Assembly (NCBI GenBank): GCA_049472195.1
Contig: JBLIRG010000026.1
Coordinates: 1 to 40,010, forward strand
Length of the DNA: 40,010 nucleotides
Direction: 5' to 3'
Origin: Thermoplasmatota archaeon
GTDB lineage: Archaea > Thermoplasmatota > Penumbrarchaeia > Penumbrarchaeales > Penumbrarchaeaceae
Made by a program: the position numbers and the translations under genes. Below, piece after piece: positions 1 to 9,200 of the stretch. Numbering within the stretch: position 1 is the first letter of the stretch; each line of letters begins with the position of its first letter. The notes under the pieces were generated by a model that worked only from the letters and a program-made list of their open reading frames with translations, made no database searches and was not told the DNA's origin.

Positions 1-198
1 CGAAGGTTGTCGATGACCTCCTGGAATATCTCCACATCGAACAGATTGTCGAACCCGCCCAGTAGGAGTATGAAAACGGGACCGAAAACGAGACCCCCGA
101 GTATGTTCCCCACTATCGTGGGCTGATGGAACCTCTCGGCAACCTTCCCGAAGAAAAGCGCCGCAACGAGGAGCAGCAGCAGATAGATGAAAGAGAAC
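1..198 (-). CDS. Cation:proton antiporter (CPA2/Kef-like), N-terminal fragment; the gene continues beyond the window start
   Basis: Reverse complement of 1-198 translates from ATG (complement of 196-198) as MFSFIYLLLLLVAALFFGKVAERFHQPTIVGNILGGLVFGPV..., about 70% identical to the N-terminus of the adjacent 281..1513 product. No stop before the window edge. Confidence 0.6.
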
Positions 199-280
199 AT
201 GGTCTCGGCGGTAAAAACTCATCCCGTATAAAGTTACCCATGATATAAGGGGGAAAAATGCAGGAAATCGGGAATATATC

Positions 281-1513
281 CTATCCTCCCTCCTCGATCC
301 ATCCTTTCCTCATGAACAATTTCCCGGCGGATTTCAGCATGATCGGCGTCACCAGCGCCATGAAAGCGGCCATCAGGACCACCGCTGAATAAATGTCGGG
401 ACCGATGATCCCCGCCTTGAGGGCGATTGCCGCAAGTATGAGCTCCACCGCGGCCTTCCCGTTCATCCCTATCCCGACGAGTACGGACTCGGACCAGGTC
501 AACCCCGAAAGCTTCGCACCCAGCCCGGCACCGATCACCTTCCCGAAGAAACCGAGAACTATCAGCATCGGCAGAAACAGCGAAAACGCCCTGGGGGAAA
601 ACGTCACCGAAAAACCCACCCACGCAAAGAACAGCGGCGCGAAGAAGCCGAAAGCCCATCTCCCGAGAGCCTGCTGGGTCCTGTGATTGAGTGATCCCCG
701 GATCGCCATTCCACCCAGAAAAGCCCCGATCATAAGGTGCAGGCCCATTATATGCGCAACCAGTGCGATGAGCCCCGCGAACAATATTGTGATCCCGACC
801 CTCTCGGTCAATCTCATTTCCCTGGTCTCGGAATAGAATGTCTTGAGGATCCTGGGAAGAAGCCATAGCGATATTACGACGAATATGACCGCGAGTACCA
901 CGGTTCCTCCCACCGTGAGAGGCGACGGCAGATCGCCGGTCTTGGAAATCGACAGGAGAACGGAGAGTATTATGATCCCGATGATGTCATCGACTATGGC
1001 GGCATTTATTATCGTCATGCCGAACCTTGTGTGGATGGCATCCATCTGGATGAGTGTGGCGATGGACAGCGCCACGGCGGTGATCGACAGGGCCGCTCCG
1101 ATATAGAGCCCCACCATCCAGTCCCCGGTTGCCAGGTACCCCCCGCCAAATCCCAGCGTGAACGGAACTATTACGCCCAGTGCCGCGGTCAGGATACCGG
1201 TCCTGAAAGATGCGACGAAATCCCTGATCCTCGTCTCCAGGCCGGATGCGAACATCAGCATTATTATGGCGAACTCGATGAGGAAGGAGAGCTCGTCCTC
1301 AACGGAGGCGGGATTCAGGTTGGATATCATGGATTCTATCTGCGACAGATCCAGGTGGATGTTGATCGATTTGAGAACGGATATGAGAACCGGACCGAAT
1401 ATCAACCCGCCGAATATGTTTCCGACTATCGTAGGCTGTTTGTATCTCTCGGCCACCTTGCCGAAGAATATCGCGGCAATTAGGAGAAGCAGAAGATAAA
1501 CTATCGAAAACAT
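281..1513 (-). CDS. Monovalent cation:proton antiporter, CPA2/Kef/NhaP-type membrane protein (410 aa)
   Basis: 410-aa ORF. About 12 hydrophobic helices and Gly-rich membrane motifs typical of Kef-type Na+(K+)/H+ exchangers. Tandem paralog of the partial gene at 1..198. Confidence 0.7.
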   Translation of the reverse strand: MFSIVYLLLLLIAAIFFGKVAERYKQPTIVGNIFGGLIFGPVLISVLKSINIHLDLSQIESMISNLNPASVEDELSFLIEFAIIMLMFASGLETRIRDFVASFRTGILTAALGVIVPFTLGFGGGYLATGDWMVGLYIGAALSITAVALSIATLIQMDAIHTRFGMTIINAAIVDDIIGIIILSVLLSISKTGDLPSPLTVGGTVVLAVIFVVISLWLLPRILKTFYSETREMRLTERVGITILFAGLIALVAHIMGLHLMIGAFLGGMAIRGSLNHRTQQALGRWAFGFFAPLFFAWVGFSVTFSPRAFSLFLPMLIVLGFFGKVIGAGLGAKLSGLTWSESVLVGIGMNGKAAVELILAAIALKAGIIGPDIYSAVVLMAAFMALVTPIMLKSAGKLFMRKGWIEEGG

Positions 1514-1577
1514 GTATGGGATGGTGAATCACGGTATCAGTATATATTAGATTGTCCGAAAATCCAGCCGATCGCCG

Positions 1578-2600
1578 TCAAACCTCCGCGCCCGCCTCCT
1601 CCCTTCCGGCCATACCGTAATCCACGGCTGGCCCCACTTTCATCGATCCGGGGTAGATCCGGTTCTCCCTTCCCTCCCTGACCTTTCTCACCATTCCGAG
1701 TTTCTCGAGCTCGCCCACATGGTACGATACCATCATCCTGCCCATGTCCAGATACCTTGCTATCTCCGACTGGGACGATCCGGGCTTCCTCCTGACCGCG
1801 TCCATGACACGTTTCTGCGTTCCCTCCAGCATGGGTCCCTGGCTGGCCATTCCGTCCAGATAGAACCTCCTGTACTGCCGGTCCTGCTTGCTGAATATGA
1901 CCTCCTGAGTCTCCAGGATGTTGAGATGATGCGTAAGCACTCCATGAGCCAGGTCCAGGTCCTTGAGAACAGCAGAATAGTGTGCTCCGGGGTTATCCCT
2001 CAGATAATCCACTATCTTCTGCCGGGTCTCGTGATCCAGGATCCGATCCCTCCGGATCTTGGAGTAGAATGCGATTATGATGATCAGGATTATGAAACCG
2101 ATCAGGATCACCAGGAACGGCCCGCAGAGGAAAAGCGACATCCCCGCATCCGCCGACTCCTCTTCAGGAGCGCCGTCGCCGTCAATTCCATCGGGCGGGA
2201 CACCCTCGGGCCGATCATAATAATCCCGGGGATCGGTGCTGTGGTTGTACTCCAGCAGATTGGAGTAGCCGTCCCGGTCTTGATCGATCCGGGCATCGGC
2301 GGGATCGGTGGGATCGAGATTGTATCGAAGCTCCCATTTATCGTCCATCCCGTCCTCGTCAGTATCGTTCATGTTGGGATCGGTCGAGTTCTCGTACTCC
2401 TCCCTGTTGGACAGGCCGTCCATATCGTAGTCCCGGTCCGCATCCCTGGGATCTTCCTCGTCTAGTCCGTTTTCAAGCTCCCAGTCGTCGGGCATCCCAT
2501 CCGAGTCCGAATCCGCGGTCTCCTGTGAGATGGCATATGTCGATGAAAGAACGAGCAGGAGGAGGATCAGTAAAGCCGTGCGAGATACATATCCCGGCAT
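1578..2600 (-). CDS. Membrane-anchored transcriptional regulator: signal peptide, extracellular Asp-rich Ca-binding (TSP3-like) repeats, one TM helix, two cytoplasmic wHTH domains
   Basis: Start probably Met26 of the 365-aa ORF (ATG, complement of 2598-2600) with a GAGGAGG Shine-Dalgarno about 8 nt upstream. Longer alternative to 2675. Sequence MPGYVSRTALLILLLLVLS looks like a signal peptide. Repeats DSDSDGMPDDWELENGLDEEDPRDADRDYDMDGLSNREEYENSTDP. TM helix FLVILIGFIILIIIIAFY. Then two ArsR-like wHTH segments (ETRQKIVDYLRDNPGAHYSAVLKDLDLAHGVLTHHLNILE and RVMDAVRRKPGSSQSEIARYLDMGRMMVSYHVGELEKLGMVRKV). Confidence 0.55.
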   Translation of the reverse strand: MPGYVSRTALLILLLLVLSSTYAISQETADSDSDGMPDDWELENGLDEEDPRDADRDYDMDGLSNREEYENSTDPNMNDTDEDGMDDKWELRYNLDPTDPADARIDQDRDGYSNLLEYNHSTDPRDYYDRPEGVPPDGIDGDGAPEEESADAGMSLFLCGPFLVILIGFIILIIIIAFYSKIRRDRILDHETRQKIVDYLRDNPGAHYSAVLKDLDLAHGVLTHHLNILETQEVIFSKQDRQYRRFYLDGMASQGPMLEGTQKRVMDAVRRKPGSSQSEIARYLDMGRMMVSYHVGELEKLGMVRKVREGRENRIYPGSMKVGPAVDYGMAGREEAGAEV

Positions 2601-2634
2601 CCTGTAATCCTCCTCCCTTTGTTTCATCTCCTTT

Positions 2635-3672
2635 TCACTCCTCTCTCTCCTTAACGGATTCAATCCTTTTTCCATCTTCGGTCATACCGAAAAGAAACGG
2701 ATCGACCTCCTCGCTGTCATCGTGTCCCTCCACTACCTGCCGGGGGAAGGGGGATCTCTCTTCAGGGCGGGGATCGCGAATCTCGGTCTCCGCCTTGTCA
2801 TCTGCATCATCCCGATCCCTTCTCGATCTGATCCATGCCGCCGCGAACACCAGCACTCCGACCGCTGCCGCGATCATCACAGCAAACAGAAAGACACCGA
2901 TCAGGGTCGACGAATCGCTGTCACCATCCAGGGCCTCCTCCACGATACTGCCGCTACCATACTCCGTATCCGCGGGATTTATGTTCGGGTCCCGGTTCAT
3001 GTGATATTCTTCCAGGTTGGTCAAACCGTCGTCGTCATAATCACGAGATGCATCCCTCGGATCGGATGGATCCAGTCCGTGGTATCTCTCCCATGCATCC
3101 GGTATCCCGTCGTAATCCGAATCCTCGGAACTGCCCCTCACCTCGGTGTTGGTATACGAGGATCCTCCGATGCCCTCGGTGGACACCTCCGCCCTGCCCT
3201 TCAGTATTATCCTTCCGGACTCGAATATCAGAAGCTCGACCGAGTGGACGGTCCCCGCCTCTAGTTTCAGATTCCCCTGCTTGATCTCGGTCTCGTTCAC
3301 GCCGATGTCCCCGAGGTCGAACTGGGTCATCTGGGTTGCATGGTTGTTGTTCTCCACAACAGGCCAGGCATGTATGGCAACGCCCTTTGCTTCCATTGTC
3401 CCGTCGTTGGTCACATATACCGTCATGGTCACCTGAAGGTCATCGGATTCCAGTCCCGTGAAGAATACGTTCTCGATATAGAGATGGGGTGACTTCACAT
3501 CGGGCCCCGTATCGATATCATCCCTCGGGCCTCCCGACCCGCCGTCATAGCCCAGGACCACCGCAAGTACTGTTACGCATATCAGCGCCAGGGCGGCAAG
3601 AAGGGCGTAGACGGCCCCTGCAGGCACTTCCACCTTGCGTCCGTTTCTCCTTCTCTCGTCATCCATGGTCAT
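2635..3672 (-). CDS. Bitopic or polytopic membrane protein with extracellular domain and TSP3-like Ca-binding repeats, acidic cytoplasmic tail
   Basis: 345 aa. N-terminal signal-anchor AVYALLAALALICVTVLAVVL. Repeats DSDYDGIPDAWERYHGLDPSDPRDASRDYDDDGLTNLEEYHMNRDPNINPADTEYG, homologous to the repeats of the downstream regulator. Second TM LIGVFLFAVMIAAAVGVLVFAAAWI. Asp/Glu-rich C-terminus. Upstream TATA-like element and GGAGGT Shine-Dalgarno. Confidence 0.6.
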   Translation of the reverse strand: MTMDDERRRNGRKVEVPAGAVYALLAALALICVTVLAVVLGYDGGSGGPRDDIDTGPDVKSPHLYIENVFFTGLESDDLQVTMTVYVTNDGTMEAKGVAIHAWPVVENNNHATQMTQFDLGDIGVNETEIKQGNLKLEAGTVHSVELLIFESGRIILKGRAEVSTEGIGGSSYTNTEVRGSSEDSDYDGIPDAWERYHGLDPSDPRDASRDYDDDGLTNLEEYHMNRDPNINPADTEYGSGSIVEEALDGDSDSSTLIGVFLFAVMIAAAVGVLVFAAAWIRSRRDRDDADDKAETEIRDPRPEERSPFPRQVVEGHDDSEEVDPFLFGMTEDGKRIESVKEREE

Positions 3673-3759
3673 TACCTCCTTCAGCGGTTTTTTCTACCGC
3701 CTCGTGGAAAAAACATGGATTCGAGTATAATAACAAAGATTGGAAAGAGATTCTTACAA

Positions 3760-6069
3760 TTACCTCAGAACCCGGCCCGCCCTTCCGCAGGAACCGCATT
3801 TGAAATTGCAGTAGCCCTCTCCCTCGGGGATCCAGATCTTGCCGCCGCACCTGCAGTCGATGTCATAACCCCTCCCGGCTGATCGATCAGGCGGATCCCT
3901 TTTAGGGGTCCGGCGTGAAGATCCGGCAAGAGCGGGCCTTATCATTTCCGATCCGGCATCGTCCTCCCTGATCTTCTGAATCGGGGCAGGAACGGGCTTG
4001 ATATCTGCCTTCACCTCGAAGTCTTCCAGCTGGGGTGCGGTTCCTTCATCACGGGTCCGTTCACCTCCCAAACCTCTTTCGGAAGATCTCAGGGGAACCC
4101 CCCCGGAGGGTCTCGATATTGGAGCCGATCTGCCGGATATGTCCCTGACGGATTTCGTCCGGACGAGATCGTCCATCTCCCTGTCCCTCATCCTCCTCTC
4201 CTTGTCCAGGTTCATCCGCCGGTCCTCCTCCTGCCGTTTTCTCTCCTCGGCTTCCCTTTTTCTCCTGATCTTCTTCCCCGCCCCCCTCAGGGCGACGAGG
4301 AACAGTGCGGCAATGATACCGATGACAACGGCGGCTGCAATTCCCATGACCAGATTCTTCGGCCTCCGATACCATTTCAGGGGTTCGTCCTCCTCCTCGA
4401 CAGGTTCCTCCTCCCCGTTCACGGTGGCGATGTCCTTGAGATATGATTCTGCCGATAGACCGGTGGAATCGGTGTAATTCGCACGGATATGGTAATGATC
4501 GTGATCCTCCAGACCGGAAGTGTCCCATTCCACCTTGTAAAGATTCCCGGAACTGAAAGCCCCAGTTCCAATCAGGGTCCATGTGCTGTTATCGCGGGAG
4601 TAATGGAAGTAGACGGGATTCACGAGGGGGATCTCGTCGTCGACAACCTCCGCCCTGATCCAAACGGTCCCCGTCAGATGATCCCCTTCAGGCCGAACAA
4701 GGGTCACTCTCGGGGGGATCATGGGGAAGAAGTAGAACAGATCGTTCTCCTCGATCGTGTCTCCGAAGCCGTACCGGTCCGATATCTCGATCCTTACCGA
4801 GATGTATCCCTCCGGCAGCTGTTCAACGGGGATGGGAAGTTCGAACAGGTTGGGCCTGGCAAGATCCAGCGGATCCTGAAGGGTCATTTCTGTCCAGGGG
4901 ATGAAATCCCCGTCGTATCCCACGAATATCCCGATCTCAACGGGATATGCCAGGGGGATCCTCTTCATCGTCAGCAGAACGTGCCACCCGTCATCCCTTC
5001 GGCCGATATTCTCCAGTTTCAACGCCTCGGGAAGATTCACCACCCTGACATCGGTCTGATCCTCACCCTTCTGCCTCGGATCGCCCTCATCCCATGCCTC
5101 GGCGTGGATGGTGTAATTGCCGTTTTTTACCTCCTCCGTGTTCCATTCCACCGAGTAACCATCGGCGGGATCCGGATCGTTCCCTATCTTGACCTTCGCA
5201 TCCGAACCCTCCCCGGAGTAGAAGAACTCGACCCCCCTGCTGTTCACGTTTCCGTCGCTGTCGAACAGACTGGCCGAGAGGACAACCGTTCCCTTGAGGG
5301 AATCGGGGTCAGTTATCGGATTGAGACTGACCACCGGAGCGTATTCGTTGTCAATTGTGAATACAGGTGACGCCCGGGAGGCGGTCATACCGTACGTGGT
5401 CGTGGCATTTGCGAGGAGGATGTAATCCCCGTCCGGAAAATCCCGGGTCTCGAGAGAATACCTGTAGCTCCCGCTCGAATCGACTTCAGTTACAGCTCCG
5501 AGATATCCCATGGAACCGCTGATCGGGGAGATGAAGAGGCGAATGCCCTCCACGAGGTCGCCGTCATAATCGCGGCAGCTGAAAATTATCTCGGCCTCGT
5601 CCCGGATCACATCGCCCGATTTCGGATAGTTCCATGTGATGACCGGAGGATCGGGATTCCATATGCTCACCGGACCGTGAAAATATTCGGTCGAATTTCC
5701 CGAATCGTCCTTTGCATTGATCCTGAAATAGTAGTCCCCGTCAACGTAGTTGGTGGAGTTGAGGCTGAATACAAACCGGTTCTCGGAATCGGCCTCCTCG
5801 ATTATGCCGACCGGCTTCCATGTGTAGTTGTCCGATGATATCTGCAGGGACACGTAGTTCACTACCTGTCCCTCGGAATCGGCGTGTATGACAAAATCGA
5901 AGACGCCGCTGATCTGCTCGCCCGTCGAGGGAGAGGATACGCTGACGATCATACCCGCTCCCCGGGCCGGCAGGCTGCTGTCGGCTTCTCCGCCTGCAAG
6001 GGTCAGAAGCATCAGAACTGCCGTCATGAGAACAACGGCTCCCTTCGCACCTGGCATGACCTGTTCCAT
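3760..6069 (-). CDS. Large cell-surface protein (769 aa): signal peptide, repeated Ig-like domains, single TM, cytoplasmic Arg/Glu-rich coiled segment ending in a 4-Cys zinc ribbon
   Basis: Signal peptide AVVLMTAVLMLLTLAGG. Repeated xGTVxIxAxVxDD beta-sandwich-like units. Motif FHYSRDNSTW shared with the 1502-aa neighbour. TM LVMGIAAAVVIGIIAALFLVAL. Tail RRKREAEERKRQEEDRRMNLDKERRMRDREMDD ... DCRCGGKIWIPEGEGYCNFKCGSCG. Confidence 0.65.
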   Translation of the reverse strand: MEQVMPGAKGAVVLMTAVLMLLTLAGGEADSSLPARGAGMIVSVSSPSTGEQISGVFDFVIHADSEGQVVNYVSLQISSDNYTWKPVGIIEEADSENRFVFSLNSTNYVDGDYYFRINAKDDSGNSTEYFHGPVSIWNPDPPVITWNYPKSGDVIRDEAEIIFSCRDYDGDLVEGIRLFISPISGSMGYLGAVTEVDSSGSYRYSLETRDFPDGDYILLANATTTYGMTASRASPVFTIDNEYAPVVSLNPITDPDSLKGTVVLSASLFDSDGNVNSRGVEFFYSGEGSDAKVKIGNDPDPADGYSVEWNTEEVKNGNYTIHAEAWDEGDPRQKGEDQTDVRVVNLPEALKLENIGRRDDGWHVLLTMKRIPLAYPVEIGIFVGYDGDFIPWTEMTLQDPLDLARPNLFELPIPVEQLPEGYISVRIEISDRYGFGDTIEENDLFYFFPMIPPRVTLVRPEGDHLTGTVWIRAEVVDDEIPLVNPVYFHYSRDNSTWTLIGTGAFSSGNLYKVEWDTSGLEDHDHYHIRANYTDSTGLSAESYLKDIATVNGEEEPVEEEDEPLKWYRRPKNLVMGIAAAVVIGIIAALFLVALRGAGKKIRRKREAEERKRQEEDRRMNLDKERRMRDREMDDLVRTKSVRDISGRSAPISRPSGGVPLRSSERGLGGERTRDEGTAPQLEDFEVKADIKPVPAPIQKIREDDAGSEMIRPALAGSSRRTPKRDPPDRSAGRGYDIDCRCGGKIWIPEGEGYCNFKCGSCGRAGRVLR

Positions 6070-6229
6070 CCCTTGTACAAGTGATCCGACGGGATTGATA
6101 TATCATATTTGCGTCGTCAAATCCATTTTCCGAAAGCCCGACAATACCCGATTTACGGCCTTTACCAGGGGATTAATGCTGTTATCCTGATTGACGGGGG
6201 GCGGAGGATGGGGTGGTGGATCGAATCGG

Positions 6230-9200
6230 TCACTCCTCCCAATCTTCGAACTCCTCCAGCTCCTCGAACTCCTCCAGCTCTTCTTCTTCCTCACCCCACT
6301 CCTCGACTTCCCACGTCTCCTCCTCCACCGGCCTCGCCTTCGGCTTTTTCACCTTCCGGTGCTTGTCAGCCTTCTTCTCGATCGAGGGTTTCTTCTTTTT
6401 CTTCCTGGGTTTTTCAGCCGGTTTGACCTTCTTTGCTTTTATGGGCTTCTTCTTCGCTTTCCTGGCCGGCATGACACCTTCCGGAAGATCGACGTCGACC
6501 TCTTCCTCCCCCCACTCCGGAATGGCCGCCTCGGGGGCGCCCCTCATCTCATCCTTCAAGGGAAGGGAGGTAGCGAATACGGGGCCCTGAATTTCCTGTC
6601 CGTAGGCAGGACCCGAATCTCCGATATCGGCTCCAACCATGAACTCGTCAAGGAATGCGGCGTCATCGGGGGATATCTCGGGGGGAACTGGTGGTTCATA
6701 GACCTCGGCCGGCGGTTCCCCGTACTCCCCGTATCTCATTGCCTCCGCCGAGAAAACCTCCTCTTCGGCGGCGGGCTCCTTCGGAGGTCTCTCCGCCTCC
6801 CGCGGTTTCTTCTCCCCAATTTCCGGGAGCGGTTCTGAGATGCCTTTCCTGGCCCTTCTCTCCCCCGAGAATATGAAGAACAGACCTACGATCAGGATCA
6901 ACAGAATGAATATCACTATTCCTATGACCGCGATCAAACCGGTGTTGATCCTCCCGTCATCCCCGTCAACATCCGGGACCTCCACCTCTCCGTTCATGAC
7001 CTCGTACGATGTCTTGGACGTCCAGCTCACATCAACGCCATCTGCGTCCGTGACCTTCACCCTCACAAGATAGCCCCTGGCATCAGGGAATCTCGGGCTG
7101 CCGTCAGACTCTTCCTCCTCCGTGTCCCAGTCCACATAATACGTGACGGCCTCCCAGGGTATGAAGCCGGAATCGTCTGCCAGGATCGAAGTGTTGGTCA
7201 GATTGGTCCACGATCCCTTGGAGAAGACGGAAAATACCACGTTGTCGACATGAATGAATTCCTCGTCGCTTATGTTGAACGCCAGTCTTACGACGCCGGA
7301 CAGAACGGATCCGGAGAGCGGCAGGTTCGGCTCGAGGATCGGGTTGTACCTGTTATCCACCACGATATTCGATATCATATCCGAGGCATATTCATCGTCG
7401 AGATCGTATACCTCCACCATCAGGTCGTAGATGCCGTCATCCACATCTCTGGTATCCCACGTGATCTGGGCGAGATCCCCGGCAAGCGTGGCTCCCGCGA
7501 GCCTGATCCACTCTCCTCCTGCCTCCCGGTAGAAGAAGGAGATGTAAGTCCGGTCGAAATTGGCGTCCCGATCCGTGATCCTGGCCTTTAGATGGAGCGT
7601 TCCGCTGACCTCCTCGTTGTCGGTTATCCCCTCGAACTGAACCGAGGGCGTGTAGATATTGTGAACGATCATGAAGGCGGGGTGTTCGACATTTGCATTC
7701 AGGAAGCTCTCATCCTCGACGGAAACCATGAGCGAATAGTTGCCGTTGTCGAAATCCCTTGTGTTCCATGAATAATAATATGTATCATTATGGAACGGAC
7801 CTGACAGATTGCCCAGTAACGCATACTTGGAATTGAATGCGAGGTTGTCCCTTATCCACAGGACCGCCGGAAGGATCAGGTCATCGTCCGGATCGGTGAT
7901 CTGGACCGATATGTTGACCGTTCCGGAGATATCTTCTGTTCCCATCGGAGTGATGAAGCTGATCTCGGGCATGTACTTGTTGTCTATGAAAACCGGACCG
8001 ATGTGCCTGCCCTCTCCTTCGATCCCGAAATCGGTCGAGGCATTGACCATGAACCATATCGGACCGTCGGCAAAATCCTTCGTATCTATCTCTACGGTAT
8101 AATCGGTTCCGCTTCCCCCGGCGGGGTTGTCGACCTGAGCCAGAGGTATCCACGTCGAATTATCCCTCGAATAGAAGAAGTTCACAGGTTTTCTCAGGAG
8201 CTCGCCCCCGAACGTCGATACGTCCGCCGTGACCTCGGTGACCCCTTCCAGAACGAAACCCTCCAGGGGATAGATGATCGTGACCAAGGGGGGTTTATGG
8301 TTGATGACCGATACGCTCCGGACCGTTGCGGAAACCGAATTACCCTGGAAGTCCTCCACGTCGGCCCTGATGGTGTACAGCTTGTTCTCGAAATTGCTGG
8401 TGTTCCATACCTTGACGGCAGTGTCCCCCTCCACCCGGTCAGGAAGGCCGTTTCCCGGAAACGGGCTCCAGGCGGCCCCGTCATTGACGGACCAGAGGAA
8501 AACCACGTCGGCCGGATCCGCATCACCGTCGTAATCGAACACGCGGGCCCGAATCTCGAATAATCCCTTGATCTCCTGAAACATGACTGGGCTCAGGATG
8601 AATATTTCCGGATCTGCCATGTTCCTGTCCGCATCCGATACGACCAGCCTCCCATCCCCGGTCCACGACATTATCCTGAGATCGGAATAACCCTCGGTAC
8701 CGTTGTCACCGATCGATACGATCTCCCACCCGAAGTCCTTCAGACCGTTTCTCTGTGGGGCCTTCTCATCAGATGTGCTTATGAGGACAGGCCCTTCTTC
8801 GAGGGGGAGGTGGAAAACATGGATGACGCCCGTGCCGTTCTCGGCCTCCTTTTTCGGGTCCGATACCGCAAGACAGTCCGTCAATATGGTCTTGGTCGGA
8901 GGGATTCGGGCCATTGATGTTTCCGATCCCTGTGTGATGCCGTTGATCGTGATGTTGCTGCTCTGAAGTTCGATCGTATCGAAATTCCTCCAGTAGCTGT
9001 CGTTGCCGCTGAAGACGTGGACCTTGCCGTCAGCGGGATCGGATATGAGAAGATCGTCCCATCCGTCCCCGTCAATATCCTGGGCGTGCAGTTCGGATCC
9101 GAGCCCCGTCGGTCCGCTTATGGTCCTGAATGAATTGTTGACAGATCTCACTGTCAGCCTCAGATTGTCGAATCCCATGGCGCCGAACTCTGTTGCCGCA

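Noticed and set aside
234-866. 210-aa ORF on the minus strand
   Set aside because: It is entirely embedded in the antiporter gene in another frame. The Arg/Gly/Asp-rich translation is typical of an off-frame read of GC-rich coding DNA.
1719-2465. 248-aa plus-strand ORF
   Set aside because: Antisense shadow of the wHTH regulator gene. Pro/Val/Gly-rich and repetitive.
4489-5370. 293-aa plus-strand ORF
   Set aside because: Antisense shadow inside the 769-aa surface protein gene.
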